Below are positions 52,631-64,000 of a DNA stretch of 64,000 bases, in pieces. How positions within the stretch are numbered: position 1 is the stretch's first letter; each line of letters starts with the position of its first letter. Below the pieces are notes generated by a model. It was not told where the DNA came from. It did no database searches and saw only the letters and a list, made by a program, of their open reading frames with translations. Source of the DNA: Macrostomum hystrix (lineage: Eukaryota; Animalia; Platyhelminthes); assembly GCA_950097015.1 (NCBI GenBank), contig CATNEN010000001.1, positions 1,302,001-1,366,000 of the forward strand. The letters run 5' to 3'. The position numbers and the translations under genes are program-made.

Positions 52631-53270
52631 CATTCGAGTTTTCCTCGGTCGGAGTCAGCGATTGCCGATGCTGCTGAGATTGACATTGGTTATCTAAATG
52701 ATTGTTTAATAATCGACCAGATTCTATAGATTCTTGTTGCTGTTGTTCCTGCTGCTGCTGCTGCTGCTGTTGGGGCTGGGGTGCCGGAGGCGGCGGGGGT
52801 GGTGGCTGGGGAGGCGGCGGATAAGCGGCGCTGCCGAATCGCTGATAGAGCTGTTCATAATTGGCGCCGTGCGCCTGATAAACAGCCGCAGCAGCATGGT
52901 AGGAGCCAAGGGGCCACCAAAGCGGCTGAGGCGGCAGTGTCGGCGGCGGCGCCAGATGCTGCTGCGGCTGGCATTGGGCCTGCATTTGTTGATGCAACAG
53001 AGCTTGATGATGCTGCTGCTGCTGATGCTGCTGAGCCTGCTGCTGCTGCTGCTGATGCTGCGGCATAGCGTGAGCTAAACTAACAGCCGGCGTCACTGTT
53101 CCACTCATGGCTTGCTGAATAGTATCGGGCTGATGATGAAAATGTGCACAACTATGATTGTAAGCAATCGCTGGTTGATAAAGCTTTGCACTAATATGGT
53201 TAGCAGTTGCAGAGTTAGTTGCAGATGGCCCTAGTAATGTAGATGCAGTGGCATGGTAATCATAGTTCAT
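47116..53270 (-). CDS. C2H2 zinc-finger transcription factor, rotund/squeeze/Lin-29/ZNF384-ZNF362 family, ~462 aa, 2 exons
   Basis: Exons 53270-52548 and 47781-47116; a phase-0 intron splits finger 1 (FKCKICQQ|LCFSKQDLQQH). Six fingers with family-typical helices FTQLSHVQQH, FAQMSNLQSH and AYNSETYLAKH. Poly-Q/P N-terminal region and poly-A tail. Confidence 0.9.
47845..49235. repeat. Purine-rich minisatellite, 24-bp gggtagacagagagggtagaagta (zinc-finger gene intron)
   Basis: Tandem array with 20/22/24-bp variants. Confidence 0.97.
50125..51190. repeat. Minisatellite, 24-bp ggaatgtgagttttaggggattat (zinc-finger gene intron)
   Basis: Tandem array. Confidence 0.96.
51700..52370. repeat. Minisatellite, 20-bp cacctgttagactggtattt (zinc-finger gene intron)
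   Basis: Tandem array; shares its core with the arrays at 2521 and 15275. Confidence 0.95.
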
Positions 53271-55660
53271 TTTTTATTAAACTTGTTTGGGCTTAGACAG
53301 TTGATAATTCCCATCTGTTTTTCTGTTTATTTTATTTGGATTTGTAAAGATCAATGAGCAAGAGAAAACTCATCATTGCCCATTGGTTGACAGTCTGGCC
53401 AATAGCAAACTAGGAGCAATATTTTTAGGGTAGGCATAAAATGGTTGAAAAAACTACTTATAGTAGAGAGCTACAGATAGTTATACATTATTGTATATCT
53501 TTCTCTGGTGCTAAGTGAGTAGGTGGGGATGCAAGGCTGCAAGCCCCAATTTCATATTTAGCTTGACAATCTGTACATTAGCTATTTTGATAGACAAGTA
53601 AAGAAGTTTTACAATTTAAGGGCAATAAATTTAGGCACTGAACCAGAAATGGAATGCCTTTCTATTATGTAATTTGGTTTACATTCAGATAAATTATGTC
53701 TGTGAGCTATACAAAGGCAGCAATAAGTTGAGTTAATTGTGAAATTTACTGTTCACTTTTAAATACAAAAATATTTTGGTATCATTTTCATCACAAATGC
53801 ATCAGCTTTTCATGTATAATTATAAATATTAATGTATTCTTTTACTTGATAAACTAGAAAAATTTAGATTAAAATAAAATAAACTTGTTAACGATAGGCA
53901 GTAAACTGTTTGTTTATGTATACTATACTCTGATACTTTCAAAGAAAAAGATGACTACATGTTCAGAACTTATATTTTTATTTCAAGTTTTATTTCATTT
54001 CCCATTTAACTTATATCATGCTATTGTGTGCCATTTATTATGCTAGCTGCTGTACAGACTAGATAGTATATTAAACACTTTAGTTCTACTCATAGTAGCT
54101 ATGGCAATCAAAAAGACTTAAATAGAAATTAAGTTGCACCATGACCTATAATATAGACCTATAATACATAGAAACTGCATTACAGGTCTATAGGCCTATA
54201 CAAAAAATATTGCCTTTACTATAGCTTATAATATAACCAAGTTGAAATTATAAATAACTAGAAAAAAATGCTATGCTAGATTAATTTAATCATAGTCAGC
54301 CTATAGCAATCATTAGGCCTATCATTGCCCAAATTTTTAGACTTCAGAAACTTTTTAAAAAAAATAAGACAGGACATGACTCACAAATAATCTTAGTGTA
54401 TTGTGGTCAGTAATAAATATAGACAGGCAGATATAAATAATATTAAGGCCAAATACAACTAAATTTATGAGAGCTATAGATAAGGATACATTTTCTGAAA
54501 AAAAAATCATCTAGACATACAGGTAGGGGCCTACTAAGCACTAAGGAGGCACCAGCTTATTTCTTTGACTATTAAACAAATAGACACAAATCGACTAATG
54601 AACAGTGTCACACATAAGGTATAAAGCCATGTGAGTGCTCGGAATTCGTATATTACTATGTTAATATAAAAATGTTAATGATTTTACTTTATAAGACTAG
54701 TATATAAAGCTGGAAGCCACAAGCCAGTTTGATCAAAGTAGAACAATTTACTGATGTTAAGAGACTCAAGACCATAAAAATCAAATATCGTGCTAGAAAG
54801 CGCTTAAATTTAATTTTTTTGTTTGTTGCTTTAAAAAAAGAAAAATTACAACACAAATAGTGACGATCATGGGTTGTTTATGACATACGTAATTAACAGA
54901 GAAGAGTTATAATGCGTAACAGAAAATTTAGATTCATGTTTTTCTTCGAAACAGCTAACAATGAATCAACGAAAAGTTGCTACGTTCAGACTAGGCCTAA
55001 ACAATTTATTTGTTTCAAAGGTTTTTTAGAAGTGAAGTTATTTTACACTAGAGTAAGAATGAATTTATATGCTACGCATCAGCACTAATTACTATGCTAG
55101 ACCTTAGTAGCGTTTAGTCAACGAGATAAAGTAGTCATATCGTTCCTATGGATTGGAATTAAATTTTACAATTTGTACTTTCTCTTCTTAAAGAAGTAAC
55201 TTTCAAGGTTATAATTTTTGGCAGCATCTATAAAAATATTTATATAATATATAAAAATAAGTGAAATTTATTTTCCTTTTGAAAATAGAATGTCCAGTAT
55301 TTTTGAAAATGGCTATATAATTCCAAGCCAACTCCAGCTACTTAACTTTATTTATCCTAGCTAACAAGCAGAGAGCTTTACTCAGACCTTAGTTTCAGTT
55401 TCTGTTTTAATTAGCATATGTTGTTTTTGCTATCTTAGTAGACTGGTGTAGAGCTATTTCCCTTATTTTTATTATGATAGTACATGTTTCCTAAAATATC
55501 AAACAAATTGAGCCCCATGTCGCCATATTTATGGTATAAAATTATGTGTTTTTTGCTATTGTTTCAATTCTTATTAACATGAATACAGCCATGAGTAAGG
55601 TCAAATATTATTTTTTTACCTTCTAGAAACAAATTTCAGCTATCTGCACTGCCATTAGTA

Positions 55661-58600
55661 ATGCTTTCATCAACAAATTCTGACACATTTAAATGCATAG
55701 TACCAGTGGCACTATGGAGCAAGGAGCCACCTAGCCATTGCATAACATCGATAATTCTCATGCCAGAGCATAGCAGCATTGTTACTGGAAGCAGGGAAGG
55801 TCACATCATTGTTTGGGATGTTCAAGAGCACTGGAAGGTGAGTTAGCTTGTTTTGTGTGCATGCAATATCCATTGAAGCAATTCTGCATAATTCTTTTGT
55901 AACGCTAACCGATTCAGCTGAAGCCAGAGTTTGTGTACTTCTCACACAAAGCCAGCGTCGATGTTCTGTGCGAAGTTTTTGTCACCTTGCCAGATTCAAC
56001 AGCAGATTTGGATGGTCATTTTATCAGTTCAGATGCGAGTGGGTAAGTCAATATTCATTTACAGTGCTTCGCAACTTTCAGAATAGTTATCTTTTAGCCA
56101 TAAAAGCGTGTACATTTCTGCTTCTTCTTATTAGCAAAATGATCCTGTGGAACATGAACGCAGCGACAAGCAAGCTAATTAGACAGTCACAGTTCGTGCA
56201 TTCTGCCATCAAATACTACCAGTCAACATCATCCAGTACACCTATGCTGCTGTGCTGTGGTCGCTATCCGGACATCCTGGTGCTTAATCCCACCACGCTA
56301 GATCTGCTCTTCACCCTGTCATCGCGTAGGAAACCTCAGTGGATGTCGGCGTTTAGTGTGTTCAGTCACCCTGGCTGCAATGGTTAGTTTGTGCTGATAC
56401 CAGACATGCGTCTATTAGCTCTGCACCACATTTAATGTACACACTTCAAACTAACAGCCCTTCCTGTCCTTTCCCAGTGTACAAACTTCAAACTAACAGC
56501 CCTTCCTGTCCTTTCCCAGTGTACACACGACGAACTAACAACCCTTCCTGTCCTTTCCCAGTGTACACACGACGAACTAACAGCCCTTCCTGTCCCAATG
56601 TAAACACGCTCGACAAACCAACATCCCTTCCTGTGCCAGTGTACACACGCTCGACAATGTACACCTAAAAGGCATTCTAGTTAAATAATTTTTTTTATTT
56701 ACAGAGGACGTCCTCTTGGGAATATCCAGCTGTGGCACTGTGTTTATGTGGACCATTACTGGAGACGAAAAACGAGTAAGCGCTCAGAGGTTTCTCCGAC
56801 TTTTTTTAATGTTTTGATTTCTAATTACTGGACTTGGGAGTAATAAAAAATACAAAAAGGCGGCAGTGCGCTAGTTTGACTGCGGAGGGATCAAGCAGAT
56901 GACAAATGAGATGCGGAGAAATTTTGACATGGAATAGACACGGGAGAGATGAGACGCAGGAGAGATGAGATACACAAGGAGATGAGACACGGGAGAGATG
57001 AGATACGAGAGAGATGAGACACGGTAGAGACGAGGCATAAGAGAGATTAGACACATGGAGTTAAAACACTGGGAAGATGAGATACTGAAGAGATAAGACA
57101 CGGTTAGATGAAACAAAAGGTGAGATAAGACCGGGAGAGATGCCGTCCAGTAGGAGGTTTCAACTGTTGGAACAGATGAATCAGGAGTTAGCGAATTTGT
57201 CAATGCGAAAACCATTTAGAACGCTATCAAACTGGAGGACGAATCCAAGACGATTAGGTGCATGAGCACCCAAGCAATGGCGTGTCATCCGGATAATCCT
57301 CGCACCCTGCTGCTGGTGACGCCTAAGTTCTGGCAGATCTACGACGCTGTAGACATGTGCCTGCTGGTGTCGCAGGAGGCTCCTAGCGGCGGCAACGGCA
57401 AATCCACCCGATGGCAATCTGGCGATTTTCTAGCCGTCAATAGAATTCTGGTTGGAACTACGGACGGCGAAGCGTTTGTTTACCAGCTGCCTGCTGGGTA
57501 AGCCCAAATCGACATCTGTGTTGTCTGATGCGGATTAATTTCAGTGCTGTGCTATCTTAGTTGAGTGTCAAACTTTAATCCTTTGTGTTATTGATATTCC
57601 TGTTAAAGACATCCATGAGATCCTCGGGTTCAATTCAGGCACAGCCTCAGAATCAGATCCTCAGGATCAATTCAGGCACAGCCTCAGAATCAGATCCTCA
57701 GGATCAATTCAGGCACAGCCTCAGAATCAGATCCTCAGGATCAATTCAGGCACAGCCTCAGAATCAGATCCTCAGGATCAATTCAGGCACAGCCTCAGAA
57801 TCAGATCCTCAGGATCAATTCAAGCACAGCCTCAGAATCAGATCCTCAGGATCAATTCAGGCACAGCCTCAGAATCAGATCCTCAGGATCAATTCAGGCA
57901 CAGCCTCAGAATCAGATCCTCAGGATCAATTCAAGCACAGCCTCAGAATCAGATCCTCAGGATCAATTCAGGCACAGCCTCAGAATCAGATCCTCAGGAT
58001 CAATTCAGGCACAGCCTCAGACCAGATCCTCAGGATCAATTCAGGCACAGCCTCAGAATCAGATCCTCAGGATCAATTCAGGCACAGCCTCAGAATCAGA
58101 TCCTCAGGATCAATTCAGGCACAGCCTCAGAATCAGATCCTCAGGATCAATTCAGGCACAGCCTCAGAATCAGATCCTCAGGATCAATTCAGGCACAGCC
58201 TCAGAATCAGATCCTCAGGATCAATTCAGGCACAGCCTCAGAATCAGATCCTCAGGATCAATTCAGGCACAGCCTCAGATCCTCAAGTTTAATCTCGTCT
58301 TTGGTTGCTTTCTAGTTTTTTTTGTAACGTTAATTGTTAAATGTGGTTAAGTGTAAAATGATTATTCTCTGATGAGTTATTGAATTTTGACAATTACATA
58401 AAAAGTGGGGGGTTGTAGCCTACTGGTTAGGGCGTCGAACTCACGACTTGAAGGTCGGGTGTTCGATTCTAGACCGCACTGGAACAATTTGTGTCCTTTA
58501 GCAAGACACTCAACTTAGCATTGCTTCAGTTCACCCAGCTGTTAAATGGGTTCCAGCATCAGATGGGGTAATAGAGGGTGTGGCGTCCCCGAGTCCATGG

Positions 58601-61600
58601 ACTGTACAGCTGTACGCAGTCTTCAGATGCGCCGCGCAATAGCTGTGGCTGTGCTGTCGGCTGCGCATGTGACCCAATTGGGGCAAGTGTAATCAATTAT
58701 TATTCTTGTTATTATTATCATAAAAATCATTGGTTGGCTGAAAAGCATGAATTTTTTCAATAGGAAAAGAAACAATAAATTTAACAGAACTATACTAAAG
58801 TGACAACAACTTGAAGATTTCATAATATTTAATATTTAATCTTTACTCGATTTATATTGATTACGATTGATTTTTTATACAAATCCTTTGTTTAGACTTT
58901 TAATTTAAAACAATATTTTTTTCTGCAAAGTGCAGATTTCTTGAAACAATCTTTATAATTATTTCTTTATTATTAAAAATTAACCAACTATGAAAATAAT
59001 ACAGTGCGCTGCGTGGCAAGAAGTTTACATCGAGGTGAGTATCAGGAATCTGAAAACTGTTTGGCATAGGTGAAGCAGCAGTTCAACATATTTTTTTATA
59101 ATTCATTCATCTTCATCTACTAACTTTTAACAAAGCAAACCATTCTTGTTGCATGTTGTGTACTTTTTCATAGCATGATTTTCTTACAATATCAGTTTTT
59201 GTTATCTTATCAATTTAACAAACTTTTTTTAATAACACGTTATTATGAAATCCAAATTAGTAACGTAAATGCTGAGTTCTAGTTATATCATCCTATTTTA
59301 GTACTCGTAGCATACTTTTCATGTCGTTACTAAATTATATTTATAATATTATGTGCCCTAGTTCTAGTAAATATCATTAGCATCTGACTAGAATATTTAC
59401 TTACGCACACTTGTTATCTTTGGCAGGCTAAATTTCAATCCTTTCATGTTTAGATTTGTTCCCTCGCTTTATTGTACATTTTACAAATGTACATCCCCTC
59501 TCTTATCTGTCATTAGATTCTCTACCCCCCTCAGCCCAACCTCTCTCCAACACGCACATGCGTGTCATGTGACACCGTGGGGTGGCGGGTTCTATGTACG
59601 CTCATCCATAAAAATATTAGATTGGATGGAAATATTAAAGGATGTTTTGTTTATGTGTACACCAATCCGATGTTCATTTGGGTGGAGGCAATTTATTTTT
59701 TCCTTGTTCGTTTTTTGACAGCTATAAGTGTGAAGAAAATAAATCGCTAACGGGCAGTAGACTGTCTGTTGCGTTGTTCTTGGCTTAACTAATTTTTTAA
59801 ACACTTTTCTACTTTACAAACAAATCAACGCCCATTATTCTAGTTTCTTTGAGAAGAGTTAAACTTATTTTAATATTAGACTTTTTATATTTGACTCTTT
59901 CTTGTTTAATTCGTTGTGATAGAAAATGAAATTATGCATTTTTTTAGTTTATATTTACATCATGTCCTGGAGCCATTGTACAAATTCAAAGTGAAGTAAG
60001 ATGAACAATAAAAAAACCCTTAACTGTTTGATATACATAATATAACTTTCTAGATTGAGATTTAAAAGACTGTTAGCGAGGTGAAGCGGCTATTTAGAGA
60101 TGTTAAGTGTATTTCAAACTTAGTGTGAAGTCATGGCTAGGTATGTGGACTGAGCTAGCTGCTATGCGGAGTGATGAGGCTCTTGTGCGGAGTGGGGAGG
60201 CTGCTATACGTGGAGTGAGGTGGCTGCTATGTAGAGTGACGTAGCTGGTTCGCGGAGTGAGGTGGTTGCTATTCGGAGCGAGGAGGCTGCTGTATGTGGA
60301 GTGAGGTGGCTGCTATGTGGAGTGAGGTGGCTGCTATGTAGAGTGAGGTGGCTGCTTTGCGGAGTGAGGTGGCTGCTATTCGGAGTGGGGAAGCTGCTAT
60401 GCGGAGTGGGGGTGGCTGCTATCTGATTCAGTACGTCTTATGTGCTGTTTTAAAATAAGAAAAGCCGAAGTAAATTTCTCACAAATTACTATTACCTTAT
60501 CATTGATGCGTCAGTGCGACCGAAGGTGCCGAACAAACGCGTCGCAGTGCGGAGCAGCCGACGCTCACCTGCAAGCTGCTGCTGGCCGGTCCGAATCCCG
60601 CAGCCGGAGCCGCCGGCGCCGAGCCATACGGCCCGGGTTTCAACCCGGCAGCTGCTGGCGCCGTGTTCCTCTATCATCGCCTGCCAGCTGGCGGCTCCCT
60701 TGTCATCTGCGCGCACGGCCAGGCCGGTTTGACTCTGTGGTTTCTGGCGCCCAACGTTGGCGCCACGCTGCCCGCGTCCGCTCTGTCCGGAGTTCGACCC
60801 AGCGTGCACACGAGCTTGCGGCTGCTGTGGCCGGCCGAACGCTGGCCGCTGGCCGACTGGGAGGTGACGTCAGCCACGCTGGTGTACACTAGCGGCAGGC
60901 TGGCTTTGGGCCTACAGTCTGGCCACATTGTACTGCTGACTATGGTTCAGTGGCTGGCTGCAGCCTGCTTTCAAGCGCCTAGGTGAGATTCCGCTCGATA
61001 TTTGGCTGGGGGTGAGAATTCCATGCTCGTTAATTTCAGGGGGTGAGATTTCCATGGCTGTTTATTTCAGGAGGTAAGATTTCCAAGGCTGTATATTTTA
61101 GGGGATGAGAATTCCATGGCTGTTCATTTCAGGGTATGAGATTTCCACGGCTGTATATTTCAGAGGGTGAGATTTCCATGGCTTTTCATTTCAGGGTATG
61201 AGATTTCCAAGGCTGTATATTTCAGGCAGTGAGATTTCCATGGCTGTTCGTTTCAGGGGGGTGAGATTTCCATGGCTGTTCATTTCAGGGTATGAGATTT
61301 CCATGGCTGTATATTTCAGGGGGTGAGATTTCCAAGGCTGTTTATTTCAGGAGGTAAGATTTCCAAGGCTCTTCATTTCAGGGGTGAGATTTCCATGGCT
61401 GTTCATTTCAGGGGGTGAGATTTCCACGGCAGTATATTTTAGGGGTGAGCTTTCCATGGCTGCTTATTTCAGGCGGTGAGATTTCCATGGCTGTTCGTTT
61501 CAGGGGGTGAGATTTCCATGGCTGTTCATTTCATGGGGTGAGATTTCCATGGCTGTTGGTTCTAGGGATGAGATCGAAAGACAATTCAAACTCCGTCTAT

Positions 61601-63097
61601 CCCTTCTCCTCATCTATCCTCAGGCCTGACCCGCCCACGCATCTGCGCCTGTCGGGTCACAGCCGGGCTGTGTCGGCCCTGCTGCACCCGGCTAGTCTAG
61701 CCCCGGATCGTTACAATCCAGTGCACCTAGTCTCTGGCTCTGAGGATTTCTCCGTAGCGCTTTGGGATTGCGAATCCGGCTCCATGATTCATCGGTTCTG
61801 CGTCCACGGAGGCCCGATAACATCGCTGCAATTGCCTCCCAATGGTTGCCAAGGCTCCAGACTAGCCGTGTCTGTTGTAGCAGTGGCTGCCGATCATTCT
61901 GTCAGCCTGTTGAGCCTGCGCGAGCGTCGCCTACTATTGCTAGCTTCTCGGCATCTCTATCCGGTATTGTCAGTTTGTTGGCGCCCATTGGAGGACCTAC
62001 TAGTGGTGCACACTAGCGACAATAGCGCCTACGTCTGGCAGACTGAGGTGCCAGCTCTGGATCGCATTGTTAGCGGCCCGGCGCTTGAGGAACTGCTTAG
62101 GAGAAGCGAAGATTCTCTGAGCGATTCTAATCGATCGACTGCGCCCCTCAGGGTCACTAAACTGCGCGGCGAAGAGGCCGGGTGTCGCGGCCTGCCCATT
62201 GTGCTGCACTTCAATGTTGCCTGCCTCATTGAACGAATTCTTGGAAATGACCAGCTGGCTAGGCTGAGAAGTCGGTCGAGGGATAGCGAATCCCAGGAGA
62301 CGGCGTCGAGTCGATCGCGTAGGTTTCCTCATGTTAAAGAAATAAACTCCAGCGACGTAGCGGGGTGTCAAGTTTAACAAGCTAGCTTCAGGAGTGAGGT
62401 GGCTGAGTAGCGGCAGGAGTGAGGTGGCTGTCTAGCAGCGGGAGTGAGGTGGTTGACTAGCGGCGGGAGTGAGGTGGTTGACTAGCGGCGGGAGTGAGGT
62501 GGCTGTCTAGCAGCGGGAGTGAGGTGGTTGACTAGCGGCGGGAGTGAGGTGGCTGTCTAGCAGCGGGAGTGAGGTGGTTGACTAGCGGCGGGAGTGAGGG
62601 GGCTGTCAAGCATCGGGAGTGAGGTGGTTGACTAGCGGCGGGAGTGAGGTAGCTGTCTAGCGGTGGGAGTGAGGTGAGTAAGATGACAGATTTTTGTTGG
62701 AGTGATTTCTAAAAATATTTATTTTGAAGCAACTTTTTGCGCTTTAATTCTTATTATTATTATGTTCCGCAGCATTTCCAAGCAGTCGCGGTACCCCATC
62801 AGCTGTCGCCCGTCTCTCTGACGCATCAGCTTCGCGAGCTGCCGCTGCATCTGCTGCCGCGTCAGCCGCCGATGCCCAGGCAATCACTGGGGCTGACGAG
62901 CAGGCACTAACCCTGCAGGTTGCCCAGCTGCTCCTGTCCCTAATTCACTCCTGGGGCCTGGATACTGGCCTGGATCGCACTGTTGGCGAAACGCTCGGCC
63001 TTTGGCCGCCGCGTGTGGCTCCCTGCTTCGGATTGGTCCGTTCCAGAGCAGCCTGCCTGCTGTGCCCCAGCCCACCGCCTCACTGGGAGACCAACAG
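55661..63097 (+). CDS. WDR7: WD repeat-containing protein 7 / rabconnectin-3 beta, 5' part (gene continues beyond the window)
   Basis: Exons 55661-55837, 55918-56042, 56135-56382, 56705-56775, 57220-57497, 60515-60982, 61624-~62318 (donor uncertain) and 62773-63097. WDR7-typical segments: PVALWSKEPPSHCI, EDESK, LSGHSRAVSALLHP, HRFCVHGGPI, LLASRHLYPV..WRPLED, AQLLLSLIHSWGLD. Confidence 0.92.
56435..56665. repeat. Short minisatellite, ~48-bp unit (aactaacagcccttcctgtcctttcccagtgtacac...) in WDR7 intron 3
   Basis: 4-5 units. Confidence 0.85.
56935..57145. repeat. Degenerate 16-bp gggagagatgagacac array (WDR7 intron 4)
   Basis: Same family as 14655-14977. Confidence 0.8.
57618..58286. repeat. 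Minisatellite, 37-bp tcctcaggatcaattcaggcacagcctcagaatcaga (WDR7 intron 5)
   Basis: Near-perfect tandem array. Confidence 0.97.
58405..58718 (+). mobile_element. tRNA-derived SINE with conserved-core-like body, in WDR7 intron 5
   Basis: A box TAGCCTACTGG and B box GTTCGATTC in a tRNA-like head. Body contains tgtgtcctt.agcaagacact and cacccagctgttaaatgggt. (TTA)n-like tail. Flanked by an 8-bp direct repeat CATAAAAA (58397-58404 and 58719-58726). Confidence 0.8.
60160..60422. repeat. Minisatellite, ~21-bp ggagtgaggtggctgctatgc (WDR7 intron 5)
   Basis: GGAGTGAGGTGG family. Confidence 0.88.
60983..61560. repeat. Minisatellite, ~31-bp gggggtgagatttccatggctgttcatttca (WDR7 intron 6)
   Basis: Tandem array beginning at the splice donor. 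Confidence 0.93.
62390..62657. repeat. Minisatellite, 25-bp gcgggagtgaggtggttgactagcg (WDR7 intron 7)
   Basis: GGAGTGAGGTGG family. Confidence 0.93.
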
Positions 63098-63109
63098 GTG
63101 CTGCCTCTG

Positions 63110-63390
63110 GTGCTGCTTCTTATGAACTTCAGGGCTGCTTCTTATGAGCTTCAGGGCTGTCTCATTAGAAATTCAGGGCTGTCTCATTAGAACTTCAGGG
63201 CTGCCTCTTTAGAACTTCAGGGCTGCTTCTTATCAACTTCAGGGTTGCCTCTTAAGAACTTCAGGTGGCTGCTTCTTAGGAACTTCAGGGTTGCCTCTTA
63301 AGAACTTCAGGTGGCTGCTTCTTAGGAACTTCAGGGTTGCCTCTTAAGAACTTCAGGTGGCTGCTTCTTAGGAACTTCAGGGTGGCTTCT
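63110..63390. repeat. Minisatellite, 22-24-bp gaacttcagggttgcctcttaa (WDR7 intron 8)
   Basis: Tandem array between the last exon and the LTR. Confidence 0.9.
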
Positions 63391-63411
63391 CATTGACCCT
63401 GCCTATAGTAA

Positions 63412-64000
63412 TGTAAACTAGCTCAGAAGGCGAGACTTGCGCGAGAACCGAGAAAACACGAGGTGACTAAAGTCTCAAGTGAGCGACTTTATATTTGGCT
63501 ATGTACACCAGAGAATGTACATCGCATTGCACAATTTACGAAGCCAACTTACGACGCGATGCGAGAATGAATCACCGCACACCTTACATCACTCCATCCC
63601 TAAATTGAGGACATTAAAAACAAAAAAATAAACAAATATTTTAGGCAGCTTAAAATGATGCACTACAAGCTTTATAAGAACAAAAAAATAGTTAGCAGCT
63701 CAAAATTGCGCGACAAAAAAATCTGGCTGCCTCCGAGTCCGATTCGAGCGTCTGGGCCCAGCAGGCGCCGGTTCGTCTAGCAGCTCCTGCCAGGTCTCAC
63801 GCGGGTCGGCAGCCGGACTGGGCGGCCGGTCGCTCTCTGCAGCGGGTGGGTCGGCGGCGGGCTGCGGGACAGCGGGTTGCGGCCGCCTCGCCACGAACGC
63901 CTTCAGCCGGTCGTGGTGCACCACCGAGCTCCGCCTCCGCCCGGTGGGCTTGGAGATCCGGTAGGTGACTGGGCCCAGCTTCTCGAGCACTCGGTACGGC
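63412..64000 (-). mobile_element. Ty3/Gypsy LTR retrotransposon 3' end (integrase C-terminus, PPT, 3' LTR ~63412-63588), antisense in a WDR7 intron
   Basis: ORF ...PYRVLEKLGPVTYRI...VVHHDRLKAF (GPY/F integrase tail), stop at 63700. A purine tract AGGGATGGAGTGA is directly followed by TGTAA. A matching TTACA lies at 63416-63412. The element is GC-rich compared with the host flank. Confidence 0.8.

Noticed and set aside
58407-58480. Functional tRNA gene
   Set aside because: Acceptor and T stems do not pair properly, and the sequence continues into a SINE body with tail and TSD.

Overview
Eukaryotic (animal) genomic DNA with spliceosomal GT-AG introns. The gene content and the density of intronic minisatellites suggest an invertebrate, possibly a free-living flatworm such as Macrostomum, but this is inference only. 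I reconstructed five spliced protein-coding genes by hand: (1) a strongly divergent hedgehog-family gene (-, 3 exons; Hedge + Hint + SRR, with altered autoprocessing and lipidation residues); (2) a classical dynamin (-, 13 exons, ~800 aa) with a decayed inverted copy of its exon 3 just upstream; (3) a ZIFL/DHA1-type MFS transporter (+, 7 exons); (4) a rotund/Lin-29/ZNF384-family C2H2 factor (-, 2 exons); (5) the 5' part of WDR7/rabconnectin-3B (+, runs off the window). The window also holds a possible orphan single-TM small ORF, a tRNA-derived SINE with a target-site duplication, the 3' end and LTR of a Ty3/Gypsy element, MITE/foldback/Helitron-like relics, and about 35 minisatellite arrays (units 16-48 bp, roughly 40% of the window by my estimate). 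Intron sizes are bimodal: six short introns (77-103 bp) have no repeats, while 22 of 23 longer introns carry an array. Several arrays are built from splice-signal-like units on the sense strand. Most long ORFs in the track are artefacts of these arrays.
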